A DNA stretch of 39,827 nt. Origin: a virus. Of this stretch, positions 28,436-37,400 are shown piece by piece (the first letter of the stretch is position 1; each line of letters begins with the position of its first letter). The notes under the pieces were generated by a model. It saw only the letters and a list, made by a program, of their open reading frames with translations, searched no databases and was not told where the DNA came from. Position numbers and translations under genes: made by a program. The DNA lies in UHGV virus genome UHGV-2125590; one strand, 5' to 3'.

Positions 28436-30910
28436 ATGAGACAGGAATGTATACAAGCGGTCCAGCAGGCGGCGCAGCGCACGTTAACGGCGCGAGAAAT
28501 ACAGAACATTGAAGACCGCATTTATCGAAATATGCGCTCCATTGCTCGTGATGACCCGATGTCGTGGAGACAACTTTCCGAATCAGAGCGGCTATATCGT
28601 GCAGCACAATTGGCATCTGAAGAATTACAGCGAGAAGCGGCATTAAAGAAACGTCGTGTGGCCCTCACTATAGCCGCACGTCAGAGATTGGATAAATTTA
28701 TCAATAGCTATCAAGGGGCTGATGGGAAACTTGGCGCTCTTAACCGTACTATTGCTTTTAATGCAGACGGTAAATCGAATTTCCTCTCTGTTGAGTCCAG
28801 AACAAAAGCCACTCGTGATTATGCATTGAGTCAATTGCAAGAGGCATTTGAAGCAGTTGATCCTCGCTTTTTTGGCCTGTTTGAAGATGAAGCTGGCGTG
28901 CGTGACCTGGTATATGAAATGCGAGGGCAAAATACTGGCAATGCTAAAGCAAGAAAAGGTGCTAAGGCGTGGAGAGAAGTTACAGAGCTGCTGCGCCGCC
29001 GGTTTAATGATGCTGGTGGGGACATTGGCTATCTCGAAAACTGGGGGATCCCTCAACATCATTCTATGGAAAAGGTTGGGGCGGTATCAAAGGATAAGTG
29101 GGTTGGCGATGTTATAGGTAAGCTGGATCGCAAATATTATACCCGAGCCGATGGACAACTGATGAACGATGCCGAGTTGTCTGCATTTCTTGGAGAGGCT
29201 TATAACACGATCGCTACTGGTGGGCTGAATAAGCTTACTGATACCGGAATGCGAATTTCCGGCGCACGTGCTAACCGTGGTAATGCATCACGACAGATAC
29301 ATTTCAAAGATGCAGATTCCTATCTCCAATATCAACAACTTTATGGTGATCGCTCTCTATGGGAAATCATGGTCGGTCACCTGGAAGGTATCAGTAAAGA
29401 TATTGCTCTGGTGGAAACATATGGTCCAAACCCAGATCATGTTTTCCGCTCCCTTCTTGATCAGGTTAAGGCAGAAACGGCAACAGCTAACCCGAGTAAA
29501 ACCGGTAAAGTCGAGCGGCTGGCGAACAACACAGAGAATCTGTACAACTTTATTTCCGGAAAGACACAGCCTGTAGCGAATCCGCACATCGCGCGATGGT
29601 CTGACAATATCCGCAACTGGCTGGTTGCCAGCAGACTCGGATCCGCGTTGCTGTCATCGTTCTCTGATCTTGGAACCATGTATCTGTCTGCGAAGGTTAC
29701 CAACCTTCCAATGAACCAGTTATTCCGCAACCAGCTTGAAGCTATGGACCCAACGAACCGTACAGAACTTGCGCGGGCGCGCCGCGCTGGTCTGGCGATG
29801 GAATCTCTACTTGGCAGCGTTAACCGCTGGGCGATGGATAATATGGGGCCGTCAGTGTCTCGTTGGGCGGCAACGGCGGTAATGCGTGCCAGTGGGCTTA
29901 CAGCATGGTCAGATGCGCACAAGCGCGCCTATGGCGTAACCATGATGGGAAGCCTGGGAGAAGTAGTGTCACGGACACCAGACCTTCGTAGCCTCGATGA
30001 CTCTGATTTTCGTATCCTGAAAAGCAAAGGGATTACTGACACAGACTGGAGCGTATGGAAGCTGGCGCAACAGGAGGACTGGGGGAACGGTAATAATACG
30101 ATGCTGACACCGGAAAGCATTATGCGTATCCCTGATTCAGCAGTTAAACATCTTGGTGAGTCTGAACGCGTGAAATTTGAGGCAATGCGTAAACTGCTCG
30201 GTGCCGTAACTGAAGAAGTTGATATGGCTGTTATTACACCGGGAGCACGTGAGCAACTGATAACCGGTTCTGGTATTCAGCGTGGAACATGGAAAGGTGA
30301 ATTAACGAGAAGTGTTTTCCTGTTTAAATCGTTCCCTATCTCGGTGGTTATGCGTCACTGGTCACGCGCTATGGGTATGCCGTCTGCTGGTGGGCGTGCG
30401 GCATATATTGCGACGTTTATTGCCAGTACGACCATTCTTGGCGCTTTGTCGCAGCAACTTAACGACCTTGCGTCTGGTCGTAATCCTCGTGAGATGACAG
30501 GAGAAGATGCTGCTAAATTTTGGCTTGGTGCTCTACTGAAAGGTGGTGGTCTTGGCCTTTACGGTGACTTTTTATTGTCAGATCACACTAGGTACGGAAG
30601 CGGCGCGCTGGCGTCGATGCTTGGCCCGGTAGCTGGTCTGGTTGATGACGTAGTGAAGATTGCTCAGGGCATACCGTTAAATGCTGTGGAAGGGAAGAAT
30701 GAGCAGACTGGTGGTGATCTGGTCAAGCTGGGGAAAGGTCTGATGCCAGGTGCGAATCTCTGGTACTTAAAGGCGGCTCTCGATCACATGATCTTTAACC
30801 AGATGCAGGAGTATTTTTCACCAGGTTATTTGCGTAAAATGGAGCAACGTTCGAAGAAAGAGTTTAACCAGACATACTGGTGGCGACCTCAGGATGTCAC
30901 TCCGCAATAA
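28436..30910 (+). CDS. internal virion / DNA-ejection protein
   Basis: 824 aa; last large gene of the operon. Confidence 0.5.
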   Translation: MRQECIQAVQQAAQRTLTAREIQNIEDRIYRNMRSIARDDPMSWRQLSESERLYRAAQLASEELQREAALKKRRVALTIAARQRLDKFINSYQGADGKLGALNRTIAFNADGKSNFLSVESRTKATRDYALSQLQEAFEAVDPRFFGLFEDEAGVRDLVYEMRGQNTGNAKARKGAKAWREVTELLRRRFNDAGGDIGYLENWGIPQHHSMEKVGAVSKDKWVGDVIGKLDRKYYTRADGQLMNDAELSAFLGEAYNTIATGGLNKLTDTGMRISGARANRGNASRQIHFKDADSYLQYQQLYGDRSLWEIMVGHLEGISKDIALVETYGPNPDHVFRSLLDQVKAETATANPSKTGKVERLANNTENLYNFISGKTQPVANPHIARWSDNIRNWLVASRLGSALLSSFSDLGTMYLSAKVTNLPMNQLFRNQLEAMDPTNRTELARARRAGLAMESLLGSVNRWAMDNMGPSVSRWAATAVMRASGLTAWSDAHKRAYGVTMMGSLGEVVSRTPDLRSLDDSDFRILKSKGITDTDWSVWKLAQQEDWGNGNNTMLTPESIMRIPDSAVKHLGESERVKFEAMRKLLGAVTEEVDMAVITPGAREQLITGSGIQRGTWKGELTRSVFLFKSFPISVVMRHWSRAMGMPSAGGRAAYIATFIASTTILGALSQQLNDLASGRNPREMTGEDAAKFWLGALLKGGGLGLYGDFLLSDHTRYGSGALASMLGPVAGLVDDVVKIAQGIPLNAVEGKNEQTGGDLVKLGKGLMPGANLWYLKAALDHMIFNQMQEYFSPGYLRKMEQRSKKEFNQTYWWRPQDVTPQ

Positions 30911-30919
30911 GGATGAGAA

Positions 30920-31060
30920 ATGATTGCTTTTATTCTTGTTGTGTTTGCGCTTGTTGCACTTGGCGTTATGAACCGTAAATGTATCATTGATGATGGTGAA
31001 TTTGCTGTTGCAGTTATTTTGATATTATCTGGTGTAGCAGGGTACATAGGCTTGTCATAA
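30920..31060 (+). CDS. 46-aa two-helix membrane protein (holin-like candidate)
   Basis: Hand translation MIAFILVVFALVALGVMNRKCIIDDGEFAVAVILILSGVAGYIGLS; AAGGA RBS. Confidence 0.35.
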   Translation: MIAFILVVFALVALGVMNRKCIIDDGEFAVAVILILSGVAGYIGLS

Positions 31061-31067
31061 CGTGAGC

Positions 31068-31079
31068 GTGACATGTCAC
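31068..31079. repeat. 12-bp palindrome GTGACATGTCAC (copy 3 of 3, inverted flanks)
   Basis: Flanks give CGTGACATGTCACA, the exact reverse complement of the 14-mer at copies 1 and 2. Confidence 0.9.
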
Positions 31080-31106
31080 AGGCCGCTTTCGCGGCCTTGT
31101 TCTTTT
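31080..31106 (+). terminator. rho-independent terminator ending the structural operon
   Basis: AGGCCGC-TTTC-GCGGCCT followed by TGTTCTTTT. Confidence 0.5.
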
Positions 31107-31266
31107 AACGAATGCCACCGCCGCCCGGGCGGGAATCCGCAGAACGCCCACCGCAGCGGGAGCCGTCAGCGGCAGTATCGCTGTCGTGCTGACAACGACC
31201 GGCAAAGGCCTGAGTTGAAGCTACCAGAGACAACAAAACGAACAGTGCAGCAAATGCTTTTTTCAT
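31105..31266 (-). CDS. small secreted peptide (signal peptide plus about 31-aa Cys-containing mature part)
   Basis: MKKAFAALFVLLSLVASTQAFA then GRCQHDSDTAADGSRCGGRSADSRPGGGGIR; ATG 31266; no lipobox. Confidence 0.35.
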   Translation of the reverse strand: MKKAFAALFVLLSLVASTQAFAGRCQHDSDTAADGSRCGGRSADSRPGGGGIR

Positions 31267-31336
31267 TGTGAAATTTCCATCTATAAGCCACCTCAATGTG
31301 GCGTCAATGAGTGTAGCACTGACTTTTGTTTCGTCC

Positions 31337-31360
31337 ACAAAAAAGCCCGCGCTGCGGGCT
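31337..31360 (-). terminator. terminator after the 210-aa moron gene
   Basis: GCCCGC-GCTG-CGGGC with T-run on the minus strand. Confidence 0.45.
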
Positions 31361-31364
31361 TCTA

Positions 31365-31997
31365 TTAATGCAGTTTATCTTTGCTTATAACCAGTAGTCT
31401 GTGGGTATGCACATCTTTATCACTGCCCCAACAGAAATCAGCCCACTGGCTATAGAAATCATCCCATGATGTCATGAAGCTAAGAGGTCTATCTTCTTCA
31501 GAGCCATCTGAAACGTATACATTATATCCCGGGGTGTTTATAGCCCAAGAAATCATTCTTTCCCAGAATCTTCTCCCATCGATTGTTTGTTGCTCATCAG
31601 ATACAACGATCGCATATTGCTCTAGGAAGAACTGAAAAAAAATCTGAGGCAAACCATGAACAGCACGGTCATGAATAACATTAGGCGTACGCCATACCAT
31701 GATCTGCGTACATGTTCTTTTGGCTTCGACGATATCTTCCCGAAAGATTAACTTAACCGCATACACCGTTTCTGGAGTATCGCTGGTAGTAATCATTCTG
31801 TAATGATCGCCATTACAAGATTTTACAAGGCGATAACCATAAGGTGTTGTGAATCCCGGAAGAACGAAATCAACCACACCTTTCGCTAAGTAGCTTTCGG
31901 TGTGACTAGTGTTCTTCTCAGACATGTTCAGTTTTCTATCGAAATCTGCTTCTGGGATAATGTATGGCATCGCTTTTCTTGTTGTATTTGTTCTCAT
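31365..31997 (-). CDS. hypothetical 210-aa moron protein
   Basis: ATG 31997 with GGGAGGA RBS; own promoter region carrying the palindromic motif and own terminator; no family recognised. Confidence 0.55.
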   Translation of the reverse strand: MRTNTTRKAMPYIIPEADFDRKLNMSEKNTSHTESYLAKGVVDFVLPGFTTPYGYRLVKSCNGDHYRMITTSDTPETVYAVKLIFREDIVEAKRTCTQIMVWRTPNVIHDRAVHGLPQIFFQFFLEQYAIVVSDEQQTIDGRRFWERMISWAINTPGYNVYVSDGSEEDRPLSFMTSWDDFYSQWADFCWGSDKDVHTHRLLVISKDKLH

Positions 31998-32056
31998 TTC
32001 GTCCTCCCATGTTTGGCTACAGGACGCGTTTTGAAGGGAAGATTAAAAATGCTTTC

Positions 32057-32071
32057 TTACCCTTGAGGTAA
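32057..32071. promoter_or_regulatory. perfect TTACC-N5-GGTAA palindrome upstream of the 210-aa moron gene
   Basis: TTACC-CTTGA-GGTAAT. Confidence 0.5.
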
Positions 32072-32141
32072 TAGTACGCTATTCACCCCCAGTCTGCAAT
32101 CGTACAGAATTATTTAAAGGCACATCCCTGTGCCGCCGCCG

Positions 32142-32834
32142 TCAGAAGAACCCTGCTTTGTCGTTGATGTACTCCGCGTGAGTCTGGATATCACGCAGGC
32201 ATTTGCTCACACCGACGATGTAGCAGAACATGGTGGTCAGCTCCGCTGCAGCGCCCGATACATCATGCCCGTCTTCCTGTAACTGGTTCAGCAAATTCAT
32301 CAGCAGTGAGTTCTCCGTCAGGCCGAGAACACCAGACGGCGAATGAATCAGGCTGCGGTAGCCGGGCTTCAGCGGGGCACTGTAGGTTTTGTTCTCTATC
32401 TTCATCGCCTGCATTACTGCTGACGCCGTGGCGTTGGCTACCTGGTCGGCAACCATCTTTATGCGTTCTTCCTGCGGGAGCGAGTTTTTAATGTAACTTC
32501 CTGTGCGGCGGATCTGAGGAAGAACCTCACCTGTAACCCATTCAAGAAATCTGAATGCTCTCGTTCCCTCTGTCATTGCCTCTTTGCAACGCAGAATAAG
32601 GATGTAGAGACCTGATTCTGAAACGATGGATAGTTCTTGTATTCCACCAGGGGTCTGTATTGAATACAGCCCCTTTTTGTTCCAGCCTTTTTTATCAAGT
32701 TTTCTCGCTTGTGTAACATCAATATTCAAAGCATTGCACACATCTTTGGTGACAAACCAAGGTTCTCCGTCAATCATGAACATACGGATCTGGCAGGATG
32801 ACTCAAAGGAAAAGATGGAAGGTTTGGTATTCAT
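32142..32834 (-). CDS. Bro-N domain protein (antirepressor-like)
   Basis: ATG 32834 (AGGTGA RBS); N-terminal IRMFMIDGEPWFVTKDVCNALNI...GLYILI...LPQIRRTG is the Bro-N signature. Confidence 0.7.
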   Translation of the reverse strand: MNTKPSIFSFESSCQIRMFMIDGEPWFVTKDVCNALNIDVTQARKLDKKGWNKKGLYSIQTPGGIQELSIVSESGLYILILRCKEAMTEGTRAFRFLEWVTGEVLPQIRRTGSYIKNSLPQEERIKMVADQVANATASAVMQAMKIENKTYSAPLKPGYRSLIHSPSGVLGLTENSLLMNLLNQLQEDGHDVSGAAAELTTMFCYIVGVSKCLRDIQTHAEYINDKAGFF

Positions 32835-33101
32835 GGCGATCACCTTTGTAGTTAGGTTAATCACCACCGCTGAGACCAATCAGATGGTGGTGAACTGTGC
32901 AGAGTTGGTCTTACCGGCTACAAAGGAACCCGGCGCACCTTTCGGTGCCCCCACACAGCCCACCATAGAATAGGTGCGCTTTACACATAAAAAAACCGCT
33001 TATGCGGCATATGTGCCTCTGTAGTAATCCGGGAGACCAATCCCGGCACTGGATTTTGCCAGTGCCCGATTACTATGGCACAAGAGGAGTGCGATGTAAA
33101 T

Positions 33102-33209
33102 TTACCTCAAAGGTAATGATAAACGCGAAGAAATATTAAAATCAACCGTATTTGGTTGATTGGGTTTAACGCTTGATCACCTGAAAGCAAGATATTACCT
33201 TTAAGGTAA
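33102..33209. promoter_or_regulatory. two perfect TTACC-N5-GGTAA palindromes in the divergent promoter region
   Basis: 33102-33116 and 33195-33209, between the Bro-N gene (minus) and the 242-aa gene (plus). Confidence 0.5.
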
Positions 33210-33229
33210 TGTTATTGTGAGGAAAAGAA

Positions 33230-33958
33230 ATGGAAGTTTTCTGGATAGTTGTTGGTGTGGTTGCGGTGATTATTTACGTTATCAACCAGAACAAGACTAA
33301 GATCTCTGATCGTACGGTCGTTAATCATAACAAAACGATAAAGACCGAAGATGGGGAGATAACGATTAATCGTACACAGGTGATAGAACACACCTCTACT
33401 CAGTTTCAAAAAACTGGAGGTAATGCGCCTAATATTTCCGCACCTCCTGCTTATGATAGTGCGGTAATCCAGACATATTATAAACAGCAGGAGTTAGCAA
33501 AAGAGAGGCAACTGATTCAGCCAAAGCCGTTTACAGCTGAGCTTCCACCTGGAGTGTCAACGCGTCCGGCATATCATGGAAGATTCCCTGGTGGTGACAT
33601 ATCGTCTCAGTCATCTAAAAAAGCACCTCAGGCAGTATCAGAGCCAGCAAGAATACCTTCTGTATCGCCGCCAAAAGAAGAATCAGCTAACAGAGTTTCA
33701 AGTGGTAGCAAGCAGTGCTTGCGATGCAGAATAAACCTTCCATATGAAAAATTCAGGAAATCGTCAAAAAATCCAGATGGATTGACTAAGTGGTGTGCAA
33801 GGTGTCTCGATGGCCCAAAGAATACACGCCATATGAAGTGGTGCCCAATTTGTAATGTCCGCAGAAAACGAACCAGCTTTTACCCTAATAATCAAAATGC
33901 GGACGGCTTAATGGCATGGTGCAAAACGTGCTGGGATGAGCACAAAGCGAAACGATAG
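33230..33958 (+). CDS. membrane-anchored protein with tandem C-terminal zinc-ribbon-like repeats
   Basis: N-terminal TM helix FWIVVGVVAVIIYVI; two repeats of C-x2-C...DGL-x2-WC-x2-C; GAGGAAAA RBS. Confidence 0.55.
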   Translation: MEVFWIVVGVVAVIIYVINQNKTKISDRTVVNHNKTIKTEDGEITINRTQVIEHTSTQFQKTGGNAPNISAPPAYDSAVIQTYYKQQELAKERQLIQPKPFTAELPPGVSTRPAYHGRFPGGDISSQSSKKAPQAVSEPARIPSVSPPKEESANRVSSGSKQCLRCRINLPYEKFRKSSKNPDGLTKWCARCLDGPKNTRHMKWCPICNVRRKRTSFYPNNQNADGLMAWCKTCWDEHKAKR

Positions 33959-33981
33959 GCCGCTCTTGCGGCCTTTAAATT
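33958..33981. terminator. hairpin terminator between convergent moron genes
   Basis: GGCCGC-TCTT-GCGGCC followed by TTTAAATTT. Confidence 0.4.
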
Positions 33982-34238
33982 TACCGGGTTTGTTTTCGTA
34001 ATTGTTCGGCACAATAGTCGAGATGTGTTTGCAGATCCCGCATAGACATCTGTGAGCTGGTGACGTAGTTAATCAGTGCAGTCAGTTCGGCAAGTGGGCC
34101 ATCGACATTAAATCCATCCTTATCGAGATCCCGGAGTAATTTCATCAAGTGCGATCCCTCCACCAGTGACCTGACGCCTCCCGGCGTGTGAATCCTTTCG
34201 GTAAATCCGTCTTCCAGTGGATAGTGATACTGCTGCAT
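33981..34238 (-). CDS. small protein homologous to the C-terminal domain of the Bro-N protein
   Basis: 85 aa from ATG 34238 (GGAG RBS); aligns by eye to the last ~70 aa of the Bro-N protein (H.P.GV..L.E.S.LM.LL..L..DG..V.G..AELT...NYV......RD.QTH). Confidence 0.45.
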   Translation of the reverse strand: MQQYHYPLEDGFTERIHTPGGVRSLVEGSHLMKLLRDLDKDGFNVDGPLAELTALINYVTSSQMSMRDLQTHLDYCAEQLRKQTR

Positions 34239-34314
34239 CTTATCTTCTCCATGCAATAACTGTATATTTATACAGTAACAAATAATTTGTTTGCTATCCA
34301 GCACGTTTTGCAAA

Positions 34315-34329
34315 TTACCCGAAAGGTAA
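34315..34329. promoter_or_regulatory. perfect TTACC-N5-GGTAA palindrome between the small minus-strand gene and the tailspike gene
   Basis: ATTACC-CGAAA-GGTAAT; TATGTGGTT at 34361-34369. Confidence 0.5.
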
Positions 34330-34433
34330 TATCTATTCGTATTTACAGTCTTTCTATCCATATGTGGTTTTCCAGGTAATAGAATAACCAGATATGCGGC
34401 GCAACGGGTGCTGCGACTATCTGGAGATTTAAC

Positions 34434-37400
34434 ATGACGGTCTCAACCGAAGTTGACCACAACGAATACACCGGTAACGGCGTTACGACATCGTTTCCGT
34501 ATACTTTTCGAATTTTCAGAAAATCAGACCTGGTTGTTCAGGTGTCTGACCTGAACGGAAACGTAACAGAATTGGTTCTGGATACCGGTTATACGGTAAC
34601 TGGGGCGGGCACTTATAGTGGCGGTTCTGTGGTTCTTCCGTCTCCGCTTGCTACTGGATGGCGAATTACGATAGATCGTGTGCTTGATGTGGTGCAGGAG
34701 ACTGATCTTCGTAATCAGGGAAAATTTTTCCCCGAGGTGCATGAAGATGCCTTTGACTATCTGACGATGCTGATCCAGCAATGTTTTGGATGGTTCAGAC
34801 GTGCATTGATGAAACCATCTTTGCTTGCAAAATATTACGATGCAAAGCAAAACAAAATTTCTAACCTTGCAGATCCATCATTTGAGCAGGACGCTGTAAA
34901 TAATCGCTCAATGCGTAATTATGTCGATGCTGCAATCGCCGGGGTTGTTGGTGGTTTTGGTTGGTTTATTCAGTATGGTTCTGGGGCTGTGTACCGAACG
35001 TTCCAGGATAAAATGCGTGATGCTATTAGCCCCAAAGATTTTGGAGCTGTTGGTGATGGTATAAATGACGATTCCACTGCAATAAGCGCGTGCCTTGAAG
35101 CCTCATCTCCAGGTTATAAAATTGACGGATTAGGGCTTACTTTTAAAGTATCAACTCTTCCGGATGTCAGTCGATTTAAAAATGCTCGTTTTTTATTTGA
35201 GAGAATACCGGGCCAGCCTCTTTTTTATGCTTCTGAAGATTTTATCCAGGGAGAGTTATTTAAAATTACAGATACACCGTGGTACAACGCCTGGACGCAG
35301 GATAAAACGTTTGTATATGACAATGTCATCTATGCGCCTTTTATGGCTGGAGACCGCCATGGTGTAAATAACCTCCATGTTGCATGGGTTCGCTCAGGAG
35401 ATGACGGGAAGACCTGGACAACGCCGGAATGGCTTACAGATTTACATGAAAACTATCCCACAGTTAACTATCACTGCATGAGTATGGGGGTTGTCAGAAA
35501 TCGCCTTTTTGCTGTAATTGAGACGCGGACCGTGAGCGGAAATAAACTGCAGGTTGCAGAGTTGTGGGATCGCCCAATGAGTCGCAGCCTTCGCGTTTAT
35601 GGTGGTATAACGAAAGCAGCAAATCAGCAAGTCGCTTATATTCGCATTACTGATCACGGATTATTTGCTGGTGATTTTGTCAACTTCTCAAACTCTGGTG
35701 TTACAGGTGTTACCGGGAATATGACGGTGACTACTGTTATTGATAAAAATACTTTTACAGTTACGACGCAAAATACCCAGGATGTGGATCAGAATAACGA
35801 GGGTAGATACTGGAGTTTTGGTACATCATTTCACTCGTCACCATGGAGAAAAACCAGTCTTGGAACTATTCCTTCTTTTGTTGACGGAAGCACTCCTGTT
35901 ACTGAGATTCACAGTTTTGCGACGATTAGCGATAACAGTTTTGCTGTTGGCTACCATAATGGTGATATTGGTCCACGCGAGCTTGGGATACTCTATTTCT
36001 CTGATGCTTTCGGTTCTCCTGGTAGCTTTGTTCGCAGACGCATACCTGCAGAATATGAGGCGAATGCATCTGAGCCATGTGTAAAATATTATGATGGCAT
36101 TCTGTATCTGACGACCAGGGGGACATTAAGTACTCAACCCGGTAGTTCATTGCACAGAAGCTCTGATTTAGGTACATCATGGAATTCTCTTCGCTTCCCA
36201 AATAATGTTCATCACTCAAACCTTCCTTTTGCCAAAGTTGGCGATGAGCTGATTATTTTTGGCAGTGAGCGCGCATTTGGTGAGTGGGAAGGAGGAGAAC
36301 CTGATAACCGTTATGCAGGAAATTATCCAAGAACATTTATGACCAGAGTTAACGTCAATGAGTGGAGTCTGGATAATGTAGAGTGGGTTAATGTTACTGA
36401 TCAGATTTATCAGGGCGGAATAGTTAACTCTGCGGTTGGTGTTGGTTCAGTTTGTATCAAAGACAACTGGCTGTACTACATTTTCGGTGGGGAAGACTTT
36501 CTAAACCCATGGAGCATAGGGGATAACAACAGAAAATATCCTTATGTTCACGATGGTCACCCGGCTGATTTGTATTGTTTCAGGGTGAAAATTAAACAGG
36601 AAGAATTTGTTTCAAGGGATTTTGTCTACGGAGCCACTCCTAACAGAACGCTTCCTACTTTTATGTCGACGTCAGGCGTGAGGACGGTTCCTGTACCCGT
36701 TGATTTCACAGATGATGTTGCCGTCCAGTCACTGACTGTCCATGCAGGTACATCAGGACAAGTTCGCGCGGAAGTCAAACTTGAGGGTAATTACGCCATT
36801 ATTGCGAAGAAAGTACCGTCTGATGATGTTACCGCTCAGAGATTAATCGTTAGCGGAGGTGAAACAACGTCTTCAGCAGATGGTGCAATGATAACGTTGC
36901 ATGGTTCCGGAAGCAGTACTCCACGTCGCGCGGTATATAACGCACTCGAACATCTTTTTGAGAACGGAGATGTTAAACCTTATCTTGATAATGTAAATGC
37001 TCTTGGTGGTCCGGGAAACAGGTTCTCGACAGTTTATCTTGGCTCCAATCCTGTGGTTACCAGTGACGGAACATTAAAGACAGAGCCGGTCTCTCCTGAC
37101 GAAACATTGCTGGATGCCTGGGGTGACGTCAGGTATATCGCTTATAAATGGCTGAACGCTGTCGCTATAAAGGGGGAAGAAGGGGCGAGGATACATCATG
37201 GTGTAATCGCGCAGCAACTTCGTGATGTTCTTATTTCTCACGGACTCATGGAAGAAGAAAGCACAACATGCCGCTATGCCTTTCTTTGCTATGACGATTA
37301 TCCCGCAGTATATGATGACGTCATTACTGGCCAAAGGGAAATGCCGCTGACTGATAATGACGGGAGCATCATTGTTGATGAGGATGATAATCCAGTGATG

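Noticed and set aside
32835-33229. LexA box controlling the Bro-N antirepressor-like gene
   Set aside because: No CTGT-N8-ACAG match found by eye in the upstream region.
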